Below are positions 1 through 10,278 of a DNA stretch of 64,000 nt, one piece after another (the stretch's first letter is position 1; each line of letters opens with the position of its first letter). The stretch comes from Leucoraja erinacea (lineage: Eukaryota), in NCBI RefSeq assembly GCF_028641065.1, contig NC_073383.1:29636001-29700000 (forward strand), in the 5' to 3' direction. Made by a program: the position numbers and the translations under genes. A model generated the notes under the pieces. The model saw only the letters and a list, made by a program, of their open reading frames with translations. It made no database searches and was not told the origin of the DNA.

Positions 1-520
1 GTATGTTTTTTTACTCTTCCTTCGAGGGGGGGGGGGGGGAATGCGACAACTGCGACCGACCTCTAGGCTGCGGAGGCAGAGCCAGGACTTACCAACGCGA
101 GGCTGGCCGACTTCGGGGCTGTGGTTGCGGTGCGACCCAACTTCCGACCCGACTTTGGAGCCGCGGGCCAGTGGACGACATCATCGGGAGCTTGCAAGTC
201 ACAGGTGGTGATCTGTTTTCCGGAGCTCCCGCAACTACAGCTGCGTCCGCTGGACTGGAGGGCGGCAGCTTCGACCGGAGTTTGAACCGGCCCGTTTGCG
301 GAACACGGATTCAGCCGCGGGACTTACTTACCATCACCCGGCGGGGTCACAACATCGGAGGCTTGGATTGCCTCGGCGCAGAGGGAGAGCAAGGAGGGAA
401 GAGACAATGACTTTGGGACTTTAAACTGTGTTGAGTGTTTGTTATTTATTCTATGTTATGACTACAGGCTAAACCATTCTGTTGCACTGAAAAGTGCAAT
501 GACAATAAATTGAATTAAAA
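1..520 (+). mobile_element. 3' part of a GC-rich non-autonomous retroelement (same family as 61644-62568)
   Basis: Long near-identical blocks shared with 62115-62400 (GGGCCAGTGGACGACATC...CCGGAGCTCCCGCAACTACAGCTGCGTCCGCTGGACTGGAGGGCGGCAGCTT); ends in a stem-loop followed by TGACAATAAA. Confidence 0.7.
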
Positions 521-1131
521 AAAATAAATATAACAGTCTTTGTTTTTATACATCTGGTTTTCTTTCAACTGTCCTGCAGAACTTTGTAATTTATATACAA
601 TTTGTTTTGTACGTTGTCCGTGTCTGTGTGCCTGTGATGCTACTGCAAGCAAGATTTTCATTGTACCTGTACTTCATTATACTTGTTCATGTGATAATAA
701 ACCTGACTCATTGCAATTTTCTTTTCTTTTTAAATGTAACAATTGTGGTGTACTGCAATTTGCATGAATGTTTTTACTCTGAAGTGTCCAATTAGATAGG
801 CATTTTAACAGATACTTTATACAACCAAACATAAACTGAAAGGATCCAAGCACATTAATTGTTGAAGGCATCATGAACCTTTGTGCCAAGCTACCCAGTC
901 GGAGCACTGTTTATCTTCACTGGGCATTTGGTAAATATTCTGGTAGAAGTTTAAAGACTAATCGAGTTTGTTTGTAATTTAACATTTGTGTCTACTCATC
1001 TTAAAATTAAATTCGATTCAATACGTTTACAAACAAACAAATTTATTTTGAAGTTCACCCTGCATCATCCTGTGTGGCTTTGTAAATGAAAACTAAGTAT
1101 TGCATAGGTTGAAATAATGGAGCCAATTAGG

Positions 1132-1350
1132 ATGTAGGAAGGAACTGCAGATGCTAGTTTAAATCGAAGATAGACACAAAGCTGGAGTAACTCAGCAGGA
1201 TGGGCAGCATCTCTATCTGAGAGAAGGAATGGCTGACATTTTGGGTCAAGACGTCTGAAGAAGGGTCTTTACCGAAAAGTCACAGATTCCTTCTCTCCAG
1301 TGATGCTGCCTGCCCCGCCGAGTTACTCCAACTTTTCGTGTCCATCTTCA
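1132..1350. mobile_element. Fold-back (head-to-head) Penelope-like pLTR-derived mini-element
   Basis: Two inverted arms (GCTGGAGTAACTCAGC...GCAGCATC / GATGCTGC...GAGTTACTCCA); 11-bp direct repeat AGCCAATTAGG at 1121-1131 and 1351-1361. Confidence 0.7.
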
Positions 1351-2659
1351 AGCCAATTAGGGTTCCTTGTGTGGGGAGAAAACAGACTTTTTTTTAGAGG
1401 GAGGAAGAGAAATGTAATCTTGATATTCATTGAACCAGGATAACAGTCTCTCAACTGACCCACTGGAATCTGGAGCAATGGACAATCTGCGGGAGGCACT
1501 CAATGGGTCGAGCAGCATCTGTGGGGAGAAGGGGGAAATTGTTGAGGTTTCGGGTTGAAACCTAACAACGGTAAGAGGAAAAGGAAGATGGTCAATTTAT
1601 AAAGGGGGGAGGAGGTGGGAAAGAGCTATGAGACGGGGGCCAATGGGTGTTTTATGGACAGAGAGACGTGTGAGGGAAGATGGGCAGATGGAACCAGGTA
1701 GGGGAGGGGGGAGAGGGGAATTAAGAGGCAAAAGGATGATGGAGGCAGATAAAAGAAAAAAAAAATGAAACGGCCAGAAGGGAGGATAAAGGTGGAGACA
1801 ACTAGGTGGGTGATAAGCAGGAATACAGAAGCCACCAGTGCTAGAATCTGATTTTTATTTTTAATTGCACAGTGCTGGTAGACATACAGCAGGTCAGGCA
1901 GCATCTCTGGAGAACATGGATAACTGACCTTTCTAGTCGGGAACCTTCTTCAGAATAGAAAATGATACGTAAAAAAGGTGATAATGGGGAGAGGTGAAGG
2001 GAAACTGGAACCTGAGCCATCAGGGGAGGTGGGGAAACCATTTGCAGCTTGAAATATTAGCGGTGCATTTCTGAGAAGCTGCATTAATGAATAGAACACT
2101 GGTTATTTTCAGTTGCCTCGGCCCACTAGTTTATCTTTGCGTCCAGAATCAGTTCTCACTACTTAGCGGAAACAAAAACCACGAATCAATGAAGTATTTC
2201 CTGTGTGGTATTTCTGCTCTGCCTTTTTGCTTTCTTGAAAACCAGAGCTTTTTTCAAGAAATTATCAAACCTGGCGTTTTATGCCACTTTATCCACCCTT
2301 GGGGGACGATAGCTAGGATAGAAAGATGCAGCACAGGAACAGGCATTTCAGCCCACAATGTCTAGGATGTGACCAGTTAGTCACATAAAGATGGTCACAT
2401 CTACATAAAGAACTGCAGATGCTGGTTTACAAAGCAACCCAAAGAACAAAGTGCTGGAGTGATTCAGTGGGTCAGGCAGTATCTCTAGCGGACATGGATT
2501 TCTGCATTCTCCAGAAATGCTGCCTGTTGCTGAGTTACTCCATGAATCTATTTTGATTTTTGTCACTTTTTTTACTTGGGAAAAAAGTATGATCGATTTC
2601 GAAAAAAAGTTATACCATAAAATTGCAATCTCATTCAAGTTCAAATCTCATTCTATTCT

Positions 2660-2950
2660 CCAGTTCAACCTCGTTTACTGCATTTGGTGTCCCTGGCATG
2701 GCCTCTTCTACTTCTGTGTTGGCTTGGTGACCTGTTTGTAGAGAACCTGCAATCTAGCCACTATCATAAGCTCCCATTTGCATGCTATTTCTGTTCCCCT
2801 TCCAATTCCCACACTAACCTGTCTGACTTTGGCCTTCATGCCAGAGGGAGGGCTGGCACAAAACCAGAGGAACAGCACCTCATTCCACCTGTATGTATCC
2901 TCTACAACCCATTGGTATGATCATAGAAACTGAATGTTCCAGTTTTAGGT
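2660..2950 (+). mobile_element. Decayed Penelope-like element, GIY-YIG endonuclease end
   Basis: Frameshifted translation NLVYCIWCPWHGLFY...LGDLFVENL...PEEQHLI resembles the PLE GIY-YIG C-terminus (NLIYCIxCxxCGLLYIGE...KLEEQHLIF). Confidence 0.65.
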
Positions 2951-2994
2951 AACCCTTGCCTCTTGTGTTTTACGCACTCTAGACGGATCCACCT

Positions 2995-3430
2995 TTATTT
3001 TACTTTAGAGATACAGCGTTGAAACAGGCCCTTCGGCCCAACGTGCGCTAGTGTGCGCTAGCACACACACACACACACACACACACGACAATTTGCAATT
3101 AACAGAAGCCAATTAATATACAAATCTATTCGCCTTTGGACTGTGGGGGGGGGGGGGGGGGGGGGGAAACAAGACCACCCAGAGGAAACCCACAAGGAGA
3201 ATGTACAAACTTGTAGTGAAGATGTTTTCAAGAGAGTTAGATTTAGCTCTTGAAGCTAAAGGAGTCGAAGGATATGGGAAACAGCAGGAACGGGGTACTG
3301 ATTTTAGATGATCAGCCATGTTCATATTGAACAGCAGTGCTGACTCAAAGGGCCGAATGGTCTACTCCTGCACCTATTCTTTCTAAATCCAGGTCTCTGT
3401 AAGGCAGCAACTAATGCTGCACCACTGTGC
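2995..3430 (-). mobile_element. HE1-like tRNA-derived SINE interrupted by a CR1 3' tail (~3215-3384)
   Basis: TTTAGAGATACAGC...GAAACAGGCCCTTCGGCCCA tail and GTAAGGCAGCAAC...CACTGTGCTG head, matching other SINE copies in the window. Confidence 0.6.
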
Positions 3431-5607
3431 TGTCCTCCATTCATCTTAGTTTTGATCACATTTCCCTGCTTTCTCTGTCAGCCTCCATCTACAACCTGCA
3501 GAGTTTACCCACTGGTACCCCTCTCCCTTCTGGTTCCTTCTGCCCATCATCTTTCCCATATCAGTACCATTATTACCTTGTTTCCAGCACTGTGTGTGTG
3601 TGTGTCCCTCCAGCTTCACTACATCTTCACCCTCTGCTCCGTTCACCTGGATGCACGTGTCCTTTTTTCGCCTTGTTTGCTTCAGCCTATCGCCCAGCTC
3701 CCTCTGTCTCTCAACCCAACCTCGTTTCCCCTCCCCCACCTGGCTCTATTTGGCCATCAACATTCATTCCCTTGTACATCTCTCTAAGCTACTTGCTGCT
3801 TTTCATTATACTGCGGTACATGCGATAATAAGCTAAACTAAACTACTCCCCTCCCTTTTTACCGGGTAGAACACCCTCTGTCCCGATGCAGGGTTTCGAA
3901 CTGAAATGTTGATAATTTCCCTTCCACAGATTTCAGCCTCTGCAATCATGTGATTCCAATAGAAATGAGAATTCCCACAAGGAAAATTAGGGAAAAATCT
4001 CAATTCATTAAGAACACTTTGACAGAAAAGTGTAACAGTGTTATTACTGGTAGATTGTTTGCACATTTATTCTGCCCTTGCTCTCAAACCAACTCCTGCA
4101 TTTAGTTGCATTGTTACAATTTACTGGAATGAAGATAATTCAAGATAATTTGCTTGTCTATCAACTTGAGTTCACTGCTGTAGATGTATGAGATTGAATT
4201 TTATGCAAAAAGTAAGCAATTTAGACATCATTGTTCTGGGGGAATTTGTATTTTTATTGGGAGTAATTCTTTAGTTTCTGTTTCTTCTCTTTAAACAAAT
4301 GGCTTTTTTACTTTTTTTGCTATAGAATATTTTTTTAAATTATAGTGCTGGTTTTACAGACCTGAACAATAAAAATCTTTGATAGAATTTGCTTAATCCT
4401 ACAACAAGCCAAAATGCAATGCTCTCCTTTATTTTAGAATATTTTGAGGTGTTTACAGAGGTGATGATTGCCATGCTGCAGAGGTTATTAACTGAGATTT
4501 TGTTATTTGAGGTGACTGAAGTTGTTTATAACTACAGTAGCTCTAGAGACCTACAGCATGGGAATGAGGCCTTCAGCCCGGTTGGTCCAAGGTGATCAAA
4601 ATGGTCATCTGAACTAGTCAAATTTGCTTGTTTACACTCTTCACTGTCCACTGTCATGAATTTTGCTGTCATCTGCGAATGTGCTAACCATATTATCAAC
4701 GTTGTCATCCAAATGTTAATATAGGAGACAATCTACAGTGGACCCAGCAGAGATCCCTGAGGGACACAAATGGTCACAAGCCTCTAAACCAAATAACATC
4801 CCTTCATTACCACCCTATCACTCCTTCCACTGAGCCAGATTTGTATCCAGTTGGCTAGCTCAGCCTGATCCCATGTGATCTAACACCCCATTGGGGCCTT
4901 GTCAAAGGCCTTGCTAAAGTCCATGTAGACAACGTCTACTGCCCTGCCCTCATGAATCTGTAAACAGTGGCATATTTCTTTTCCTGAAATTATAAATTGG
5001 GATCAATTAAATTAAAAGTTCGTAAATGTTTATATTTGTTCCAATTTCTAATTTGAGAATATACAAGCTCCATACAGACAGCACCCATAGTCAGGATCGA
5101 ACCTCATCTCTGGCGCTATAAGGCAGCAAACTCTACAGCTGCCTTTTATATGAATGAATCGTGCCTTTCAACTGATGAGATTTCAAATGTTGCCAAAAAT
5201 ATGATTGAAAAATTCCATTCGTAGTTCTTGGGATACATGCCTTAAACATCTGGGAAACCCCCTTCAATCAACTTTTTCACACCACACCCCAGCAACCTTA
5301 CTGTTGAACAACTGGAATGCAACTGGTTTCACTGATTAAACAGCCAGATTTATGTATTTGCTGCTGAAAGCATCAAACCTGTATTTGCATTCCAGTAATT
5401 GGGCAGTGATTGAAGCTCAGAATAATATCTGCATGGGATGGCATGAATGCAAGAAGAATGTGCAGGATAATATGAGCACTTGGACATCTAACATAGCATC
5501 AGAACTGCTTGCCTAAATACCATAATTACAAGCAAATGCCTCTACAAACTCCTGGACCTAAGACTCAGCACCACCTTCGTCAACAGGATCCTTGAACTTG
5601 ATTGATT

Positions 5608-5900
5608 GGATTCGAAGATAGAGCATGGAAGCATGCCCTTTGGGCCACCGAGTCCATGCCGATCATCGATCACCGGTTCACACTAGCTCTATGTTATCCC
5701 ACTTTCTCATCCACCCTACATATTCGTGGCAATTTATAGAGGCTCATTGACCGATAAACCCACCTGTCTGCGATGTGGGAGGAAACCCTCGCGGTCACAG
5801 AGTAAAAGTGCATACTCCACACAAACAGTATCCGAGGCCGTGATCGAATTTGGGTCTCTGGTGCTGTGAGGCAGTGGCTACCAGCTGAGCCACTGTCTCC
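5608..5900 (-). mobile_element. HE1-like SINE
   Basis: Reverse complement of the SINE at 54416-54722. Confidence 0.65.
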
Positions 5901-7559
5901 CTTGAACCATAGACGGCAATCAGTAAGGATAGGCAACAGAAGAAACAAAACCGTGACAACATATACCACCAGATTCAGGAACAATCTCTTCCTTGTTGTT
6001 GCAGCCCATACATTTGTCTTTTACCTGCTTTTCTCTGCAGTTGCATCACTGTATTATGCACTGTTTATTTTCTCATTTGCATTATCTCATTTTTTTTACT
6101 GCTTGATTAGTAAAAGTGTCGGGGGGTTATGGAGAGAAGGCAGGAGAATGGGGTTGATCATCCATGATTGAATGGCAGAATTGACTTGATGGGCTGAATG
6201 GCGAAAATCAGCTCTTATAACTTATGAACATGTTTACTTGTGTATGGCACGATTTGCCTGGATCATGAGCAAAAGTTTTTTTCAATGTACAGTGACCTCC
6301 ATAATGTTTGGGACACAGCAATGTAATGTAAATGAAAGTAGTCATGTTGAGTATTTTGTTGCATATCCTTTGCATGCAATGACTGCTTGAAGTCATGGAC
6401 ATCACCAGTTGCTGGGTGTCATCTCTTGTGATGCTCTGGCAGGCCTGTATTGCAGCCATCTTTAGCTTATGCTTTGTTTTGGGGGCTAGCCCCCTTCAGT
6501 TTTCTCTTCAGCATATGAAAGGCATGCTCAATTGGGTTCAGATCGGGTGATGGGCTTGGCCACTCAAGAATTTACCATTTGTTAGCTTTGAAAAACTCCT
6601 TTGTTGCTTTCACAGTATGTTTGGGATTATTGTCTAGCTGTAGAATGAACCGCCGGCCAGTGAATTTTGAGGCATTTGTTTGAACTTGAGCAGATAGAAT
6701 GTGTCTATACACTTCAGAATTCATTATGCTACTACCATCAGCAATTGTATCATCAATGAAGATAACTGAGCCAGTACCTTCAGCAGCCATACATGCCGAG
6801 GCCATAACACACCCCCCCCCCCCCCACCACCGTGTTTCTCAGATGAAGTGGTATGCTTTGGATCTTGGACAGTGCTTTCTCTCCTCCATACTTTACTCTT
6901 GCCATCACTCTGATATAAGTTAACCTTCGTCTCATCTGTTCACAAGACCTTTTCTCAGAACTGTGGTTGCTCTTTTAAGTACTTGGTGAACGGTAACCTG
7001 GCTATCCTATTTTTGCGGCTAACCAGTGGTTTGCATCTTGCAGTGTAGCCTCTATATTTCTGTTCATGAAGTCTTCTGCGGACAGTGGTCATTGACAAAT
7101 CCACACCTGACTCCTGAAGAATGTTTCTGATCTGTCAGACAGTTGTTTGGGGATTTTTCTTTATTATAGAGAGATTTCTTCTGTCATCAGCTGAGGAGGT
7201 CTTCCTTGGCCTGCCAGTCCCTTTGCGATTAGTAAGCTCACCAGTGCCCTCTTTCTTCTTAATGATATTCCAAACAGTTGATTTTGGTAAGCCTAAGGTT
7301 TGGCTGATGTCTCTAACAGTTTTATTCTTGTTTCTCAGTCTCATAATGGCTTCTTTGACTTTCATTGGCACAACTTTGATCCTCATGTTGATAAACAGCA
7401 ATAAAAGTTTCCAAAGGTGATGAAAAGGCTGGAGGAAAGACTAGGTGCTGAGAGCTCTCTTATACCTGCATTAAGGAGGCAATTAAACACACCTGAGCAA
7501 TTACAAACACCTGTGAAGCCATGTGTCCCAAACATTATGGTGCCCTAGAATGGGGGGAC

Positions 7560-9190
7560 CAGGCACGTGCCGTCAGGGTAGGCAAGGTAGGCAGTGCCTA
7601 ACCTGACTAAAATTATAAAATGGTCATTATTAAATATAAATAGTAAAGGCGCGGGAGAATTGTGCCTACCTAAGAGATCGATCTTTCATCCACAGTACGT
7701 GTAACACACGAAACTATCTGCAACTCACGTGCTGTCGACGCTGCTTCATGCCTTCAATGACAACGGTCTATAAAGGCAGCTGAAATTCTGCCATTCCACC
7801 GTGGACTACGTGCATGTGCTGTGCAGCATACCGTGCATGCGCAGCGCAAGTATCTTGGCGGGTTTTTCAAACATGGATTGTCATTATCTTACGAGTATCT
7901 TAAGAAACAAAGAGAAGAATGGCGTTCGTGTACAAATAATGTGGTAGGTAAATTTCTTTGAGCTACCGTATTTCCCGTCAATGAAGACGCACCTGCGTCA
8001 AAGACGCACCCCCATTTTGAGTTGCTAAATTCTGGAAAAAAAGGTGGCAGGGCAGAATTTCTCACGCTCAAAAAATAAAAATAAAGAAAGTAACAATTCA
8101 ATTTGCCCAAGGCTTCCAGATCTCCTCCATACTGAATGGGTGGGGGTTGGAGGGTGACGGCAGGTGGAAAAACGGCAGCACACCAGGACAAGTTGAATCA
8201 GTTGTGATCTTATTGAATGACAATAAGATCACAACTAGTTCTAGTTGTGAATACTAGTTCATGGGACCAATTGGGGGAAGTCTGGCCCGGGTCAGCACGG
8301 GCAGGAGCGCTGAGAAGGAGGGGGTCGAGGATCATGCCAGCAACTCGCTCACCGTTGCTGCAGCCAGCTTACTCCTGTGTCAGCGCGATCAAGGGACCAA
8401 TTGAGGTTAGTCGCGCTGACACGGCAGTAAGCTCCACCACCCGCTGTCCTGTTATCCATCACCCACTGACCCGCTCCGCTCTATGATCTTTGCTCTTGAG
8501 CTGGTCCCCTCATTGTCCAGTCTACATTGAAAGACACGGACCGGGCATGAATGCCATGCAGTGTCACCCAGCGCAGCAAGTGAGGCCATGTCCTGCACCC
8601 GGCAGTAGCTGGAATTTAAGGAATGGCGGCCGCACGCAGCCACCTGAACTACTTCCCTCCCTGGCCACAATGCAGTGGCTCCGCGCCTGGAGCGTAGCGG
8701 CAGCGGTTAGTGAGTTGCTGGTATGATCCACGACCCCCTCAACGCTCCTACCCGGGCCAGACTCCCCACACGCTGTGAAAGGAAAACCCCCCCCCCCCCC
8801 CCCCTCAACGGCACTGTCCTTTTACAGCCGCTTCTCATCAGCTGCCAGCATTGAGGGATAGACTTGGCTATCCATCAGTGCAGCAACATCTTTCTTGATG
8901 TTGCTGTACTGAGGGATAGCCGTCTATCTTTCTTGGCTAACAACCTAACCTTCGGCCTCCAAGATGCAGGTAAATTTTCGTGCCTTATTTTTAGGTTTAA
9001 AAATAGCGTCTTCATTGCCGGGAAATACAGTGTATGTTTTTAAATATTTATTAAGAGATAAGGCTTTTGAAGACAAATTGCTTTATAAAATTTGACTACC
9101 GGAGAGGAGAACAATCTGCGCATGCGCGGTTTTTGAGATTATTTTAAAGCCGACTGCCTACCGTGAATAATTACTCACGGCAGGTGCCTG
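7560..9190. mobile_element. Non-autonomous hAT-like TIR element nested in the Tc1 IR
   Basis: TIRs CAGGCACGTGCCGT / ACGGCAGGTGCCTG (13/14 match); Tc1 IR sequence resumes immediately after 9190. Confidence 0.65.
7966..9030. mobile_element. pogo/Tc2-like non-autonomous element nested in the hAT-like element
   Basis: TA|CCGTATTTCCCGTCAATGAAGACGC and GCGTCTTCATTGCCGGGAAATACAG form a 25-bp TIR with 2 mismatches. Confidence 0.75.
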
Positions 9191-9396
9191 GTATAAACAC
9201 AGCTGTAATTTCTACATGGTTTACATGGTGAAAACAGAATGTATAAAAATGGCCTTTAATAAAACCTGACAATGTGCACTTTAACCACATGTGATTTTTT
9301 TTTCTATTACGAATCTCAAATTGTGAAGGACAGAAGCAAATAAATTCATGATGGGTAAAGACCATTAATGTCCCAAACATTATGGAGGGCACTGTA

Positions 9397-10246
9397 TAGC
9401 CCATAAAGTTTGTAATAATCCCATGCTCAATGTAAAATGCAACTACTGCAAGAAAATTGAGAGATATGGAGTTCAGCTTCACCTGTCGCAATTAATAATG
9501 CAACACTAACTTTAGAGTAAACTCTTAATTGAAAAATCAGTGCAGCTGATTGGAGCAACACCACAAAGTGCCAGTGCCAGCTCTGCTAAATTCTTGGTCT
9601 CATTTCTCATCATAGTAGGGAGACATCTGCTGGAGATGACATCTCTTCACAGGATGACGGCTAATTTAGGCTTATTATTGTCATGTGATCCGAGGCAGTA
9701 ACAAGCTTGTGTTTTGCATGCAATCCAATCAAAGCAGATAATGATCTTAATGAATACAATCAAACCAAAGTCAAGTACAATAGGTAGAGCAGAGAGAAAG
9801 ATACAGAGTGCAGAATATTGTTCTCAGCATTGTAGTGCAACAGTTCCAGAGACAAAGTTCAATGTTGGCAATAGGATAGAGATAAATTAGACAGTATCCC
9901 AGCTCATGGAAGGACCATTGAAAAGTCTAATAACAGAGGGGAAGAAGCTGTTCCTGAGTCTGGCAGTACATGCTTTCAAGCTTCTGTATCTTCCAGCTAC
10001 TGGGAGTGGGGGGGAAGGAATAACCGAGCTGGGAAAGGTCTGATTATGTTGGCTGCTTTCCCAAGGCAGCATGAAGTATAGATAGTTGGAAAAACTGTGA
10101 AATGGGTCTCTATCCAGTACTGTAATAACTAACAATATAATAATAGCATTTCTACATCTATACTTGTATAAAACTGCACCATTACTAAATCAATATTCAG
10201 TTATAATTTCACGCAGTGGCACACTTTTCACACAATACTGCAAAAT
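9397..10246 (-). repeat. Inverted duplicate of 51119-~52005 (unique intron sequence plus an embedded Rex/Babar 3' fragment)
   Basis: Collinear reverse-complement match, e.g. CATAGTAGGGAGACATCTGCTGGAGATGACATCTCTTCACAGGATGACGGCTAATTTAGG versus 51717-51776. Confidence 0.9.
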
Positions 10247-10276
10247 TCTTTGTCCCAAACATTATGGAGGGCACTG
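10247..10276. mobile_element. Isolated 30-bp Tc1 terminus
   Basis: TCTTTGTCCCAAACATTATGGAGGGCACTG|TA, identical to the Tc1 end at 25112-25143. Confidence 0.85.
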
Positions 10277-10278
10277 TA

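Larger units (their letters stand above)
6290..9394 (-). mobile_element. Tc1/mariner (IR/DR type) transposon with a decayed transposase and nested insertions in its right IR
   Basis: TA|CAGTGACCTCCATAATGTTTGGGACA at 6288 and TGTCCCAAACATTATGGAGGGCACTG|TA at 9369-9396; minus-strand motifs ISQTLGLPKSTVWNIIKK, GRPRKT, FILQLDNNPKH, SPDLNPIEH. Confidence 0.9.

Noticed and set aside
9397-10246. Assembly false duplication as the explanation for the inverted copy
   Set aside because: The copies differ by many substitutions and indels and have transposon-defined junctions; long-read confirmation is still advisable
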